Shown here: in pieces, positions 50,207-62,999 of the stretch | Layout: every line of letters begins with the position of its first letter | Position numbering within the stretch: the first letter of the stretch is position 1 | Assembly: GCF_963921235.1 (NCBI RefSeq) | Contig: NC_086108.1 | Location: 21,762,001-21,826,000, forward strand | DNA: 64,000 nt | Direction: 5' to 3' | From: Mobula hypostoma | Taxonomy: Eukaryota | The notes under the pieces: model-generated | The model's input: only the letters and a program-made list of their open reading frames with translations | Databases searched by the model: none | Told to the model about the DNA's origin: nothing | Made by a program: the position numbers and the translations under genes

Positions 50207-53200
50207 ATAGTTGTACTATCGTATTTGTGTGGAATAAATGAAATTATTCCTCAATTGAGATTGCTAAGTTTAAATCAGCATTGTAACACATTTCAGTGGT
50301 GTCACCTTCTGAAGTTGTATATAGTATGCTATATTTCAAGCATTTCAGTTTGTGGGCAGTGTTAGGTGCAAGTAGAAGTGTTTAAGGTCAAGCTTATCTT
50401 TTGCTTCACTATCCATGAATTGCTTTTTGTTTAGGTGTGCTGTATTTAACCAAGATTAATGTCTTCAACGGCAAGGAATAGTTAACCAGGCATGCTATAC
50501 TAATGCTCTGAAGTGCCTCAACTTGCTTGAAATATTGATTTCCTAAATCAGCCATAGAATTGTAACCATCAGTAACTTTTGATCCCAGTCAAAATATTAG
50601 AGTCTGAAGTTTTTGGGCGTTTTCCGTACTGATGTGAGCCTGCAAGGGATAATCACCTTTATGAATGAAGGACTGCCTTGATATTTTGCAGGACCTGTAT
50701 GATTCAGCTATTCGTTATATTCATCATATCGATCAACTAGTAGCATTCTACTTTGCTGTTTAAAGTGTGAATATTAAATACTCTTTAAAAACTGGACTAT
50801 GGACCTAATCTGAATTGAAATGCTGTTTTCATGAATCACTCAGGTTTGCCTCAGGATGTTTGGCACTGGTAGGGAGTGAATATTATTATTTTTTCCCCTC
50901 CAACAAGAATGCAGATAACCCCCAGGAAACGTCATTTAGCACTGGTTTTGCTCAAATATTATTATTGGAAGATTGTTATAACAAAGGCTTGAATGTAGTG
51001 GCTGGAACTATAGTGAATGGGATGAAGTAAAAGGTGAAAATTGAAATTGAAAGATTAGCATAAAATACTGGAAATGATGTGAAAATCTGGGTGTTGCTTG
51101 CATGACCTGTGAAATTATAAAAAGATTTTTTTTTAAAAAGAGATTTATTTAGAAGTATTGTCATCTGCCACAAAGGCAGATTATCCAAAAGTGTTTATGG
51201 GCACAATGATTGCAAGCGGAGTGTTGAGAGTGAAGAAAACTCGTTCAGTACAGTATATGTTACTTAATAAAGCATTTTGAACTTTGGTCCGGAGAGTAGC
51301 TTCATCAGAATGTATGGTGAAGTGCTCAATCTTGAGGTTATGCTCATTCGACTGTCCCAGAAATCACATTTTAATTTTATCCTTTGTGCATTATCATTGT
51401 GTTATTTTTCAAGAAATTGCCCCATATTCCCTTTAATACACTTAAACATCATGGTAGGAAGCTGAGAGAATATTGTGAAATGTCTATATTCAGTACATGT
51501 AGGGATTTAGGAATCAGGGGCGATTGAACATATATTTTAGAAATCATAGTTCATATTACTTCTTTTCCCTCTTTGGTAGACTACATATGTTATTGATGCT
51601 ATTTATGTATGTCATTGATTCTGTTTCTATAGAAATGGTTACAAATTCTGATGAGAACTTGAAGTTAGGATGCAGCCAAGTAAGCTGGATGATCTTCTGA
51701 AACTTATTTCAGGGCTTGGTAAGGATGGGAATTCATGAGGTCAGAAGGGTGAATCTGTATGCTTGCCTGTCTTTCATAGTTTTCCTCATAGCCGAGAGGC
51801 ATTTAGTGAAAAGTGCAATGTCCTGCTTGGTATCTTACATAGCTAGTAGAAATTGCAGACATTGAATATCTGACAGACTGAATAAGGCATCATTATTTCT
51901 AGATTTGCAAGTTTCTCTGTGGAAATTAGATTTGATGTCCTATTTGTTGCTATACTCATGAGTATTTTTGTTGTTTGTTGTTGAATGCCCATAAAAGGAT
52001 AACAGGTTCTGTATCAAAGAAGTATGGTAAGAATCAATTGATCGAACCAAAGATTTGATAAAAACAGTAATACACACAAAATTGTTTCCAGCATCTGCAG
52101 ATTTTCTCTTGTTTGTGATTTGACCAAGAAAGTTGGATTTGAGCAGTCATAGAGATGCAGATGCACAATGGTTTGGAAGAATAGAGGTTGCTGAAACAAA
52201 TTTTCAGTGATTCCAGTGAAAGCAAAAATCCATAGCTATAAAATGAATTGTTTTTGGACCAGTGTGCTTGAAGACTAAGTGATTACTGACTTGTGGGATG
52301 TGGCCTCGTGGAGGAATTTGAACAGTAAAATTACATTTTTGTAAATGGATTTTGGAGCATAAATTAATATTAGACTAATGGACAAAAATTATGTAGATTG
52401 GATAAGGTAATACAGAAAGCTGATGAGGAGGGCATTGGAATAATTTAGTCTCAAGCTGATGTGGGAGTGAAAGGTTCAGTGAGAGAAGGGGTGATGTTAA
52501 ATGTACAAAACAAAATGGCAGAGGTAGGCAGTATTCCTGAGGTGAAATTTTTTTTTCTGCATTAGTTGGGATTTTTATTTGAAGTCTGCTGAGTCCTGGT
52601 CAAAAGTTTGTTAAAGGATAGCATTCATTGCACATGGAGTTAAAATTAATGAAAAAGCTTTATCGTAATGAATTCAGAAGTGCTGGGTGTCTGGTTAGGT
52701 TGAAGTAGTTACTGAATTTGTATGTGTTGTGGTCATAGAGTCACTGCTTCCAGTTTGTCAATGACTGTATCAGGAAATGGTTTGGCTGTGTGAACCTCAG
52801 CTCAGGCTGACTCTTCAATGATGCTTTTGTTCAGCTAGTTCAATCATTACTTTGGTGTGGCTGGAATTAGTCTTTATGTTGAAAGAAAATGAAGTAGAAA
52901 TGTCCTGTACAATGAAAGAAATGGACCATTTGAGTACTCTGGGATAGGAATAGGATTCAAATGAATTGAATTTGCCATAGTATGGGGAAGTCAGTGGCAG
53001 TATGGCAGCAATTAATGATTGATGTACTTTGGTCTATTTCAAAGCATCATTACAATAGAGCTATTGCAATTGTTATATAGAATTGTTCATCAGATACCCT
53101 CCTTGTGAACATATGAACACCCAGAAACATTGAAAACTAACAAGATCTTTCCTGGATATTTTCAGTTCCTGTTTCTCAGGTTTAGTGGATTATTCTGCAA

Positions 53201-53846
53201 ATATAGAATGAAGCGATTTATATTGAACTGAATCATTGAATTATTTTGGAAATATATGTCTGTATTATGTAAGAACTAATTTTAATCAGAACATGCTTTA
53301 ATTGTAAAATCATGAGTCTACAAAAGTATAAAATAATTATACTAACTTTGTTTTAACTTTTGTTTTATCAGTTTCCATATTCCTAAGTTCTGTCCCATAA
53401 GATCTGCATTAGGTACATCAGATACTTGGTATGTGAAATATATATTCCATTGGTAATTTAAAGGTCTTCATTCTGGGCAGATGGGGGATAATACATGACG
53501 GGCGATGGGGGATAATACATGACGGGCGATTTCTCTGAGCAGTTCCAATATTTTCAAATTTTAATACTGTTTCTTTTGTGTCATGTGTCAGAAATCACTA
53601 TTTCAATTTTCTATTTAGTGAATTGTAAGTTGGATGAAATGGTAACTGACTTAAGGTCGAGTGCTAAGTTTGTTCCTGTATTTCTCTTAATAGTTTTAAT
53701 GAGCTTATCATTTAATAAGGTACTATCACAGTGACAATCTACAGAATCATAATCAGCTTTAATATCACTGGCATATGTCGCAAAATTTGTTGTTTTGCAG
53801 CAGCAGTACCTTGCAATGCATAATAATAAAAACTATGAATTATATA

Positions 53847-55380
53847 CAGTGCCTTGAAAATCTATTCAGCCCTCACAACTATTTTCACAATTTTACTGTC
53901 TCAATTTCTAAATTTAAAATATATTGAAGTAGGATTTTTTGAGCTAATCTACAAAACATTGCACATTGTGTCAAATCAAAAGAAAAATTCCTAAACCTGC
54001 AAAGGGTTTACCAAAAATTAAAAACCAAAATTTTGAGACTGTAAAAGTATTCAGCCCCATTGTAATTACTAACTTTTCTCAGGTGCAATTGGAGGAACAC
54101 TTACTTTAAATGAGTTAATAAGACTAAATACCTCCTTTCTCTGTAAGGTCCAACAGTATGGTTGATTTTCACCAGACAAAACCAAAATGAAGACAAAAGA
54201 GCATTCAAGACAAGTCAGGAAAATAATAATAGAGAAGCTTAACTCTGGGGAAGGGTACAAGACCATCCTAAAGTCACTGAACATACCTCGGAGCTGAGTA
54301 CAGTCCATCATGATAAAGTGGAAAAATATGAAACCATAGCCATACTGTCTAGGTCAGGCCACCCTGTTAAACTTAGTCACCAGAGAAGTATGACACTTGC
54401 AAGAGAGGCTATTATGATGCCAACAGTCATTCTGAGTGAGTTACAGGAGTCAGTGGCTGCAACTGGAGATGAAGTTCTGGGCTCCACAATCTCTAAGGCC
54501 TTGCACAGAAAGGATACTTATGGAAGAGTGGAAAAGAAGAAGCTCTGGCTTAAAAAAAGGACTATCCTTGCCCATAAACACTTTGCAAAGCTTCATTTAG
54601 AAGATACTATAAAGATGTGAAAAATGGTCTCATGGTTGGATGAAACTAAAATGGAATGGTACGTATGGTGTAAATCTAATACTACGCATCAGTCAGGTAA
54701 CACCAACCCTACTGTAAAGTATGTTGGAAGTAACATCATGCTACGGAGATGCTTTTCAGCGGCAGGGACTAGAAATTAGTCAGGATTGATGGGAAGATGA
54801 ATGCTGCTAAACACAGTGAGATCGTGGACAAAAACATGCTAGCTTCTGCCAGAAAGCTTAAACTGGGGAAGAAGTTTGTCTTTCAACAGGACAACGACCA
54901 AAAACACACGACCGAAGCAACCATGGAATGGCTTCAAATGAAGAAAATTGACGTCCTTGAGTGCTGAGCCAAAGTACTGACTTTAACCTGATCAAACATC
55001 TCTGGCAAGACCTGAAGATTGCCGTCCACTGCTAACTTGGTGCACTTTGAGAAATTTTGCAAAGAGGAATGGGCAAGTCTTGGTCCATCACATTGTGTAA
55101 AGCTAATAAATTTTATCCAAAAAGGCCACTGGTTGTAATAGCTCTGAGAGGTGGTGCAACTAGATAATGAGCAAAGGTGGATGAATACTTCTGAATTGTT
55201 AACATTTCAGTTTTTGAAGTTTCAGTTTTTCATGCTTTACAATTTTCTCTGTTTTTGGGGTCTACTGTGAAAAAAAGAGCAAATGATTCACAAATAAAAA
55301 TGCTCAGTAAAATTGTTAAATAACATTGTAATACATTTGTGAACAAAGGGTTGGTGTCTGAATACTTTTTCAAGGCACAG
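53847..55380 (+). mobile_element. Tc1-like transposon with IR/DR-type ends, degenerate transposase
   Basis: TA TSDs; CAGTGCCTTGAAAA..TATTCAG / CTGAATACTTTTTCAAGGCACAG; inner repeats near 54040 and 55180; MKTKEHSRQVR.. from 54187; FQQDND motif near 54880. Confidence 0.9.
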
Positions 55381-55384
55381 TATA

Positions 55385-56900
55385 AAAAATCAAATTAAAT
55401 AAGTAGTGCAAAAATAGAGAAAAAATAGTGAGGCCGTGTTCATTGATTTATTGTTTATTTGGAAATCTGATGTTGGAGGGCAAGAAGCTCTTTGTGAAAC
55501 ATTGTGTGTGTGTGTGTATCTTCAGACTCCTTTACCACCTCCTTGATGGTAGCAATAAGAAGATGGCATGTCCTGGATGATGGAGTCCTTAATGATGGCT
55601 GCTAGTTTTTTGAGGCATCGCCTTTGAAAATGTCCTCAATGCTAGTGCCCGTGATGGAGCTGGGAGGGTTTACAACCTTCTGCAATTTTTTCTGATCTAG
55701 TGCAACGGCTCCTCTATACCAGTCAGTGATGCAACCAGTTAAAATGCTCTCCATGGTACATCTGTAGAAATTTGCAAATGTTTTTGGTGATACACCAATT
55801 CTTCTCAAACTCCTTAGAAAAAAAAATATATATAGCTACTGTCATACCTTCTTTGTAATTGTGTCAATATGTTGGTCCCAGGATAGATCTTCACAGATGT
55901 TGACACCCAGGAATTTGAACCTGCCAACCCTTACCGGTGCTTATAATCTTGATGAGGACTAGTGTGTGTTTCCTCAACTTCCCCTTGAAGTCCACAATCA
56001 ATTCTTTGGTCTTACTGATGTTGAGTTCAAGGTGGTTGTTATTGTTGCGACACCACTCAATGTGCTGATCTATCTTGCTCCTCATCACCATCTGAAATTC
56101 TTCCAACAACAGTTGTGTCATCAACAAATTTATAGATGGTGTTTGAGCTGTGCCTAGCCTTACAGTCGTGGGTGTAGAGAGAGTAGAGCAGTAGGATTAG
56201 CAAGCATCCTTGAGGTGCACCTGTGTTGATTATCGAGGAAATGTTATTTCTGATCCGCTCATAGTTAGGTCTCCCGGTGAGGAAGTCAAGGATCCAGTGA
56301 CCCAGGATAATGACCCAAGTTTTGGAGCTTGTTGATTAGAACTGAGGATATGATTGTGTTGAATGCTGAGTTGTAATACATAGACAGCAGTCTAACATAC
56401 TGTAGATATTGCTATTGTACAGGTATCCAAGTCCGAGTGAAGAGACAGTAAGATTGCATCCATTGACCTATTGTGGCAATAGGCAAATTGCAGTCCATCC
56501 AAAGTCCTTGCTTAGGCAGGAGTTGATTCTAGCCATGACCAACCTCTCAAAGCATTTCATCATAGTAGATGTAAGTGCCACTGGATGATAGTCATTGAGT
56601 CAGCTCACCCTACTCTTCCTGGGCACTGATATGGTTGTCAGTCTTTTGAAGCATGTTGGAAATTCTGACTGCAGCAAAAAGAGATTGAAGATGTCATGAA
56701 CAGTCCCACCAAGGGTTTGGCACAGGTTTTCAAAACCCTCCGAGGTAAACCATCAGGGTCTGATACCTTGTGAGGGTTCACCCTCTTGAAAGATATTCTG
56801 AGACAGATCACAGAGTTGCTAGAACCTGCAGGGATTCACACAGGTGTAGTTTTATTCTCCCTCTCAAAGTGTGCATAAAAGGCATTGAGTTCATCTTAGA
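55385..56900 (-). mobile_element. Rex1 LINE RT fragment; its 3' tail lies left of the Tc1 at ~53744-53845
   Basis: WCRNNN.HLELNISKTKELIVDF; FYRCTMESILTGCITDWY. Confidence 0.8.
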
Positions 56901-57237
56901 ATGAGTGTTTAAAATAAAATTAAACCTGTGCAATACACATAATAAATCATGCAATACACTATTTATACATTTCTTGATATAATTTAAAAGATCAACAAAT
57001 TTCTTCAGTAGTGTTTCGTAATTTAAAAAAAAGTTTTTAATATGTACATTCTGTTGGGAATTGATCAAGCAATGAAAGATTGAAGGTTATAGTGATCAGT
57101 TCGTTCTGCCCACCCCTGAATGAGTTTTCTGTCTCTTCTCTTGTAGTAGGAGATAGAAATTTGAGCATCCTCACACTTTGGTAGGGAATGAACATCTCTG
57201 TGACTTGTGTTAATACCAAGTTCTTATAATTTAAATA

Positions 57238-58452
57238 CAAACCCCATTTCCAGAAAAGTTGAGATATTTTCCAAAATGCAATAAAAACAAAAATCTCTGA
57301 TATGTTAATTCACGTGAGCCTTTATTTAACTGACAAAAGTACAAAGAAAAGATTTTCAATAGTTTTACTGACCAACTTAATTGTATTTTGTAAACAGACA
57401 CAAATTTAGAATTTGATGGCTGCAACACACTCAACAGCATGTTTACCATTGTGTTACATCACCTTTCCTTTTAATAACACTTTTTAATCATTTTGGAACT
57501 GAGGATACTAATTGTAGTAGATTTGCAACTGGAAATTTTGTCCCTTCTTGCTTGATATAAGACTTCAGCTGCTCAACAGTCCGTGGTCTCCGTTGTCTGA
57601 TTCTCCTCTTCATGATGCGCCATACATTTTCAATAGGAGATAGATCTGGACTGGCAGCAGGCCAATCAAGCACACGCACTCTGTGTCTACAAAGCCATGC
57701 TGTTGTAGCCCGTGCAGAATGTGGTCTGGCATTGTCCTGCTGAAATAAGCATGGACGTCCCGATAAGAGACGTCGCCTTGATGGCAACATATGTCTCTCT
57801 AAAATCCTAATATATGGTACCTTCACATACATGCAATCACCCATGCCGTGGGCACTGATGCACCCCCATACCATCACAGATGCTGGCTTTTTGCACCTTT
57901 CGCTGATAGCAATCTGGATGGTCGTTTTCATCTTTGGCACGGAGAACTCGACGCCTGTTTTTTCCGAAAGCTAGCTGAAATGTGGACTCATCTGACCACA
58001 GCACATGGTTCCACCGTCTTTCGGTCCATCTGAGATGAGCTCGGGCCCAGAGAACTTGCCGGCGTTTCTGCATAGAGTTGATGTATGGCTTCCTCCTTGC
58101 GTAATACAGTTTCAAGTTGCATTTCTGGACGCAGCAATGGACTGTGTTGAGTGACAATGGTTTTCCGAAATACTCCCGAGCCCAGGTGGCTATAATTGTC
58201 ACAGTAGCATGACTTTTCTGTGCACTTTTCAATCTTATTTTAACTCTGTCCCAACTTTTGTTGAATGTGTTGCAGCCATCAAAGTCTAAATTTGTGTATA
58301 TTTGTAAAATACAATTAAGTTGGTCAGTAAAACTATTGAAAATCTTTGTACTTTTGTCGGTTAAATAAAGGTTCACATGAATTAATGTATCACAGATTTT
58401 TGTTTTTATTGCATTTTGGAAAATATCCCAACTTTTCTGGAAAAGGGGTTTG
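57238..58452 (-). mobile_element. Tc1-like (DD34E) transposon, internally deleted, with ~200 bp TIRs
   Basis: TA TSDs; TIRs CAAACCCC(A/T)TTTCCAGAAAAGTTG; WSDES, SVMVWGC, FQQDNARPH..SPDLSPIENVW with 34 residues between D and E. Confidence 0.93.
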
Positions 58453-59340
58453 TAAGTGATTGTGATAAAACACCTGGAAGTAAATCACAGGTATTATTTT
58501 GCTGCTCTGTGGTTAACAATGAATTGAGATATTTGAAAACTAATATTGCATAAATAGTAGAAAATGACAATCAGACCTTTTAGAAGTGATTTTTGAATTG
58601 CCACTGTTATACACTTGGCTCATTTTTATTGTCACTTCATGACTGGAAATTCAGCTATGAATTTCAGCTTGGCAGTTTAAATTTTTCTCATGCCAGACCT
58701 TCTATTTGATTTTTCTCAACCTTCGCAGGTGTTTTGTACCTTTGACAGCACCATTTGCAGAACAGACTAACGTGGTGCCAAGATCGATAGAGCCCACTGA
58801 AACTTCAAGGATACTCTGTATTTGGGCAGGTGGCATTTGAGAAATCTAATATGTAGAGCAATGCAGTTGGTGTCTATAACGGCAGTGTGGTGTTTTCATT
58901 ACTCAGGCTGTGTTGCCTAAATTAACAACTCAGTGGTGTTGGTGTCACTTCAAGAATTTGTTGCCTAAGCATGTTATGCATGTCTTCTTATAGATAGTAG
59001 ATTCAGATTTATGAATTACTTTAATTTTGTAGATATTTGGACATAAATTGGTAAAAAAAAAATTAGACCACCTGGTGTTGATAATTCTAATTAGAAGGCT
59101 TGTGTTCTGCTGGAATGTGCCCGACCTGGTCTCTTCTACTCCCAACACCCCATTGTTCCCTCTTTCGGAGGAGCATAGAAAAACTCAGCACAGGTATAAA
59201 ATACAAATCTGATCCAAATCTAAAGATTTCAAAAATTTTTTTTGATATTGGACTCAAACTTGAAATATAGTCGGGTTGTGTCATGTAGTCAGGCTCTTGA
59301 ACCATGGTTTCAGCTTTTTAGCTGAATTTTAATTCCTTTG

Positions 59341-59504
59341 CAGACACGAGGAAATCTGCAAATGCTGGAAATTCAAGCAACACACAAAAAATGCTGGTGA
59401 ACGCAGCAGGTGAGGCAGCATCTGTAGGAAGAGGTACAGTCAACGTTTCAGGCTGGGACCCTTTGTCAGGACTAACTGAAAGAAGAGGATGTGGTAAAAG
59501 CATC
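59341..59504 (-). mobile_element. Short Penelope-terminus insertion
   Basis: 10-bp TSD AATTCCTTTG (59331-59340 / 59505-59514); hammerhead-like motif with a mutated core (CUGACAA). Confidence 0.8.
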
Positions 59505-61784
59505 AATTCCTTTGATGCTTTTACCACATTGTTCAATCATGTTCAACATTGTTTTAAGGTGCTGCTGTTAACACTGGTATTGAAAATAGTTTGGCATGTT
59601 CGTGTGTTTGAATACTTGTTACCTGGAAACCACAGTCACAAATATTTACTTGCTCTTGTGAATGATGTCAGTGTTGCTTTTTAACAGCCGCAGATGAGAC
59701 TTCACTGAACTTGGTGCTCCCATTGAAAGATGAAATTTTCCCTTATATATGTGTTTTTTTGCTATTAATTACAGTGAGAAGCTTTAATCTTCAGAAAACA
59801 TCAACAAACTAGATGGGGAAATTGTTTATTTTTTTTGGAATTCCCTTTGTTTTGGATGTATTCTATGTAGGGGCCGGGCAATTACTTGGTGTCACTGAGG
59901 GAAATGGCAACTTAATGCCCTAGCCAGCTTAAGATCAATTTTTTAGGGGGCTGAAAGTGAGTAACTTGGATTCAGTGACAGTTTAAAGCTTGAAAAAATC
60001 AAGCATGAAGGAAGTAGCAGTTAATGTTGAAAGAAAAATTTTCCGTATCACATGTTTTCAAGCACAGCAGTTATATTTTTCAAGCAGCTGACCCTCAGCA
60101 GCAAGGCTGTTGTGTGTATATCCTCAAATGAAGCCTCATTTGAATCATGCTCTGTTACTGCAGTGAGGCATCACGTCATTATTTCACAGACTTAGAAAAT
60201 CCCTGAATGTGCTTGATGAATTGGCTTCATTCTTTGGAAGATCGGAAGATCTGTAAAGGTGGTAGCTTTTAACTATTTCTTATTCCTAATTCTCTGATGC
60301 AAAAAAAAACTTTTGACTTACCATTTGCAAAACTTCTGAATTGATTTGATTTCCTTGTGCATGAATTAGCAAACAGTAAATTTGTGATAACTTGCAAACA
60401 GTAAATGTGGGGGAAAAAAGTTTAAAAAGAGCACAACCTTTTTGTCAACAATGCCCCTGTTAATTTACTGTGAGTCTTTAAGCACATTTACTTTTAGATC
60501 TATTTTGACTGAGGTACCATTCTTAGATAGCACGTTTTATAAGGGTAAAAGAATGTTTATGTGCTGTTATTCTTTTGCACCAAAAACTTCATTATTTAGC
60601 TTCATAAGCCAACTGCAATGATAATGAAACATTAAAATTAAGCACCAATCCTCATATTTAAGGGGAATAAATCAAACCAAAATTGGTAGACGTTCTGTAA
60701 GGAAAATTTTAGATGGTGTTCCCTGGAGCACAGGAGAATGAGGGGTGACCTAGATTGTATAAGGATTTATGCATTTCACTCAGGAAAAATTAGCAAGATT
60801 TTTGTTTAGAGTTGTAACAATGCTGTCAGAATCGGAGATCCTGCCTCAAATCTGCTTAAATTCTTAGTGAATGGTAACCGTGTTATTAGATGATGTTTGG
60901 CAGTTAATGTTGTGTGCTCTCATCAAATTTTTGATCAACTGTGAAACAGGGCTAGTTTAGATTTAATTGTACAGATTTGTGACTAATGTCCTATGTACTG
61001 TGAAAATTGTCTGATGTTTTATTGGCAGAAAGTTGTCATGAGGAAGAAGAATCTGCTTTGATTCATTGCTGCTTGATTCATTGCTTAATAATTTATTTAG
61101 TTTCATTTGTCTGACTATGAAAAAAGCTTGGGGAATGGTTTTGGCTGTGGCAGTTGTCTCTTATTGTGGGGAAAATACTGTTTTTATACTTGGGTCCAAA
61201 AACTCAAGGCCCTTGATCAAAAGAGTGCAAATAACCAGGGGTTTATGGGTGGTATCTTTTCATCTTAGCACACCCACAAGAGCTATCCTGAGAGAATTGT
61301 CAAACAAAAAGAAAGTTTTGTACTCCTTGGAGAGACTAATTCATTATTAAGATCACTTATTTGTGTAGTATAGGCTCTCAGCCGATGCATTTCTATCCTG
61401 ATTTGTTCAGTATTTAGGTTCTCTATTGGGTATAAAGGAGAACAGCTGGAAGTTTTGACTCTTTGAACGTTTGGTCTGAGTGGTGATTATCAAGTGCATT
61501 GGAATACACAAAGATGAAATGCCAAGTATAGAAATGTAGTTGTTGGAAATTTAATGGGTTGCACTTCATTTGGGTTGGGACTGATGTCCTTATGGAAAGG
61601 TTGACCATTGTAGCTGAAGATAGTTTGAGCTAAACTGACAAGAGGATTGGCACCAGAATATAAAAGAAGAGGAATAAGGTCAATTAAGAAGTGAGACTGT
61701 TGACTAGCACAAGACAGAATGTGGTACCATATTATACCAAGTTTTTGACGTGGGAGACAAAGATAGGCCCACAGTCAGATTTAT

Positions 61785-62011
61785 CGTAAACAAGAGAAAA
61801 TCTGCAGATGCTGGAAATCCAAGCAGCTCACACAAAATGCTGGAGGAACTTAACAAGCCAGCTAGCATCTATGGAAAAGAGTACAGTTGACCTTTCAGGC
61901 CGAGATCCTTTAGCAGGATTTCTGAAGATTCTCGGCTAGAAACATCGACTGTACCCTTTTCTATCGATGCTTCTTGGCCTACTGAGTTCCTTGTGCATTT
62001 TGTTGTATTGA
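61785..62011. mobile_element. Older Penelope-terminus fold-back insertion
   Basis: 10-bp TSD TCAGATTTAT (61775-61784 / 62012-62021); diverged inverted arms. Confidence 0.75.
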
Positions 62012-62763
62012 TCAGATTTATTATCATTGTTATTCGACATGATGTCTAAAACTTTGGCAAATTTTTATGGATGTGTAGTGGAGAGTGTATTGACTGGTTG
62101 CATCACAGCCTGGTATAGAAACACCAATGTCTTTGAACAGATTGTCCTATAAAAGGTAGAGCATATGGCCCAGTCCTTTGTGGGTAAAGCCCTCCCAAAC
62201 TTTGAGCACATCTATGTGAAATGCTGTTGCAGGAAAGCAGCATCCATGATCAGGGACCCCCAGCACCCAGGACATGCTCTTTTTTTAACTGCTGCCAACA
62301 GAAAGAAGGTAGAGGAGCCTCAGTACTTACACCACCAGGCTGAGGAACAGTAGTTACCCCTCAGTCATCAGGCTCTTGAACCTGATAACTTCAGGGGATA
62401 ACTTCACTCATTTTCACTTGACCTGTCATTGCAGTGTTCCACAGTCTAATGGACTCATTTTCAAGTACTCTACATCTCATCTTCTTGATATTTATTGCTG
62501 CTTTATTTATTATTATTATTATTATTCGCACAGTGCTGTCTTCTGCATTCTGGTTAAACATCCTAGCTGGGTAGTCTTTCATTGATTCTGTTGTGGTTAT
62601 TATTCTATAGATTTATTGAGTATGCCCAGAAGAAAATGAATCTCAGGGGTGTATATGGTGACATATAAACAACAGGAATTCTGCAGGTGCTGGAAATTCA
62701 AGCCACGCACATCAAAGTTGCTGGTGAACACAGCAGGCCAGGCAGCATCTCTAGGAAGAGGTA

Positions 62764-62802
62764 CAGTCGACGTTTCAGGCTGAGACCCTTCGTCAGGACT
62801 AA
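62764..62802 (-). ncRNA. Minimal type-I hammerhead ribozyme motif
   Basis: Minus strand UAGUC-CUGACGA-AGGGUCUCAGCCU-GAAA-CG-UC-GACUG. Confidence 0.7.
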
Positions 62803-62854
62803 CTGAAGGAAGAGTTAGTAAGAGATCCAAATCTCTTCCTAAATCTTCGTTCAG

Positions 62855-62893
62855 TTAGTCCTGACGAAGGGTCTCGGCCTGAAACGTCGACTG
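62855..62893 (+). ncRNA. Minimal type-I hammerhead ribozyme motif
   Basis: UAGUC-CUGACGA-AGG(GUCUCGG)CCU-GAAA-CG-UC^GACUG: stem I UAGUC/GACUG, stem II AGG/CCU, palindromic ACGU in place of stem III; predicted cleavage after 62888. Confidence 0.7.
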
Positions 62894-62999
62894 TACCTCT
62901 TCCTAGAGATGCTGCCTGGCCTGCTGCGTTCACCAGCAACTTTGATGTGTATGGTGACATATAGTTACTTCAATAATAAACTTACTTTGAATTTTGACA

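Larger units (their letters stand above)
62667..62949. mobile_element. Penelope-terminus fold-back insertion with a hammerhead motif on each strand
   Basis: 13-bp TSD TATGGTGACATAT (62654-62666 / 62950-62962); inverted arms ~62709-62807 / 62850-62948. Confidence 0.88.
62030..62995 (+). mobile_element. Rex1 LINE 3' fragment, interrupted at 62667-62949
   Basis: AQSFVGKALPNFEHIY..RKAASMIRDPQHPGHALF; 3' UTR ends aataaacttactttgaa. Confidence 0.8.

Noticed and set aside
53480..53527. 24-bp tandem duplication GATGGGGGATAATACATGACGGGC x2
   Set aside because: Simple local duplication with no further structure.
60050..60420. Possible intronic enhancer (CRE/AP-1-like sites, GCAAACAGTAAAT twice)
   Set aside because: Short motifs alone are insufficient without conservation or chromatin data.
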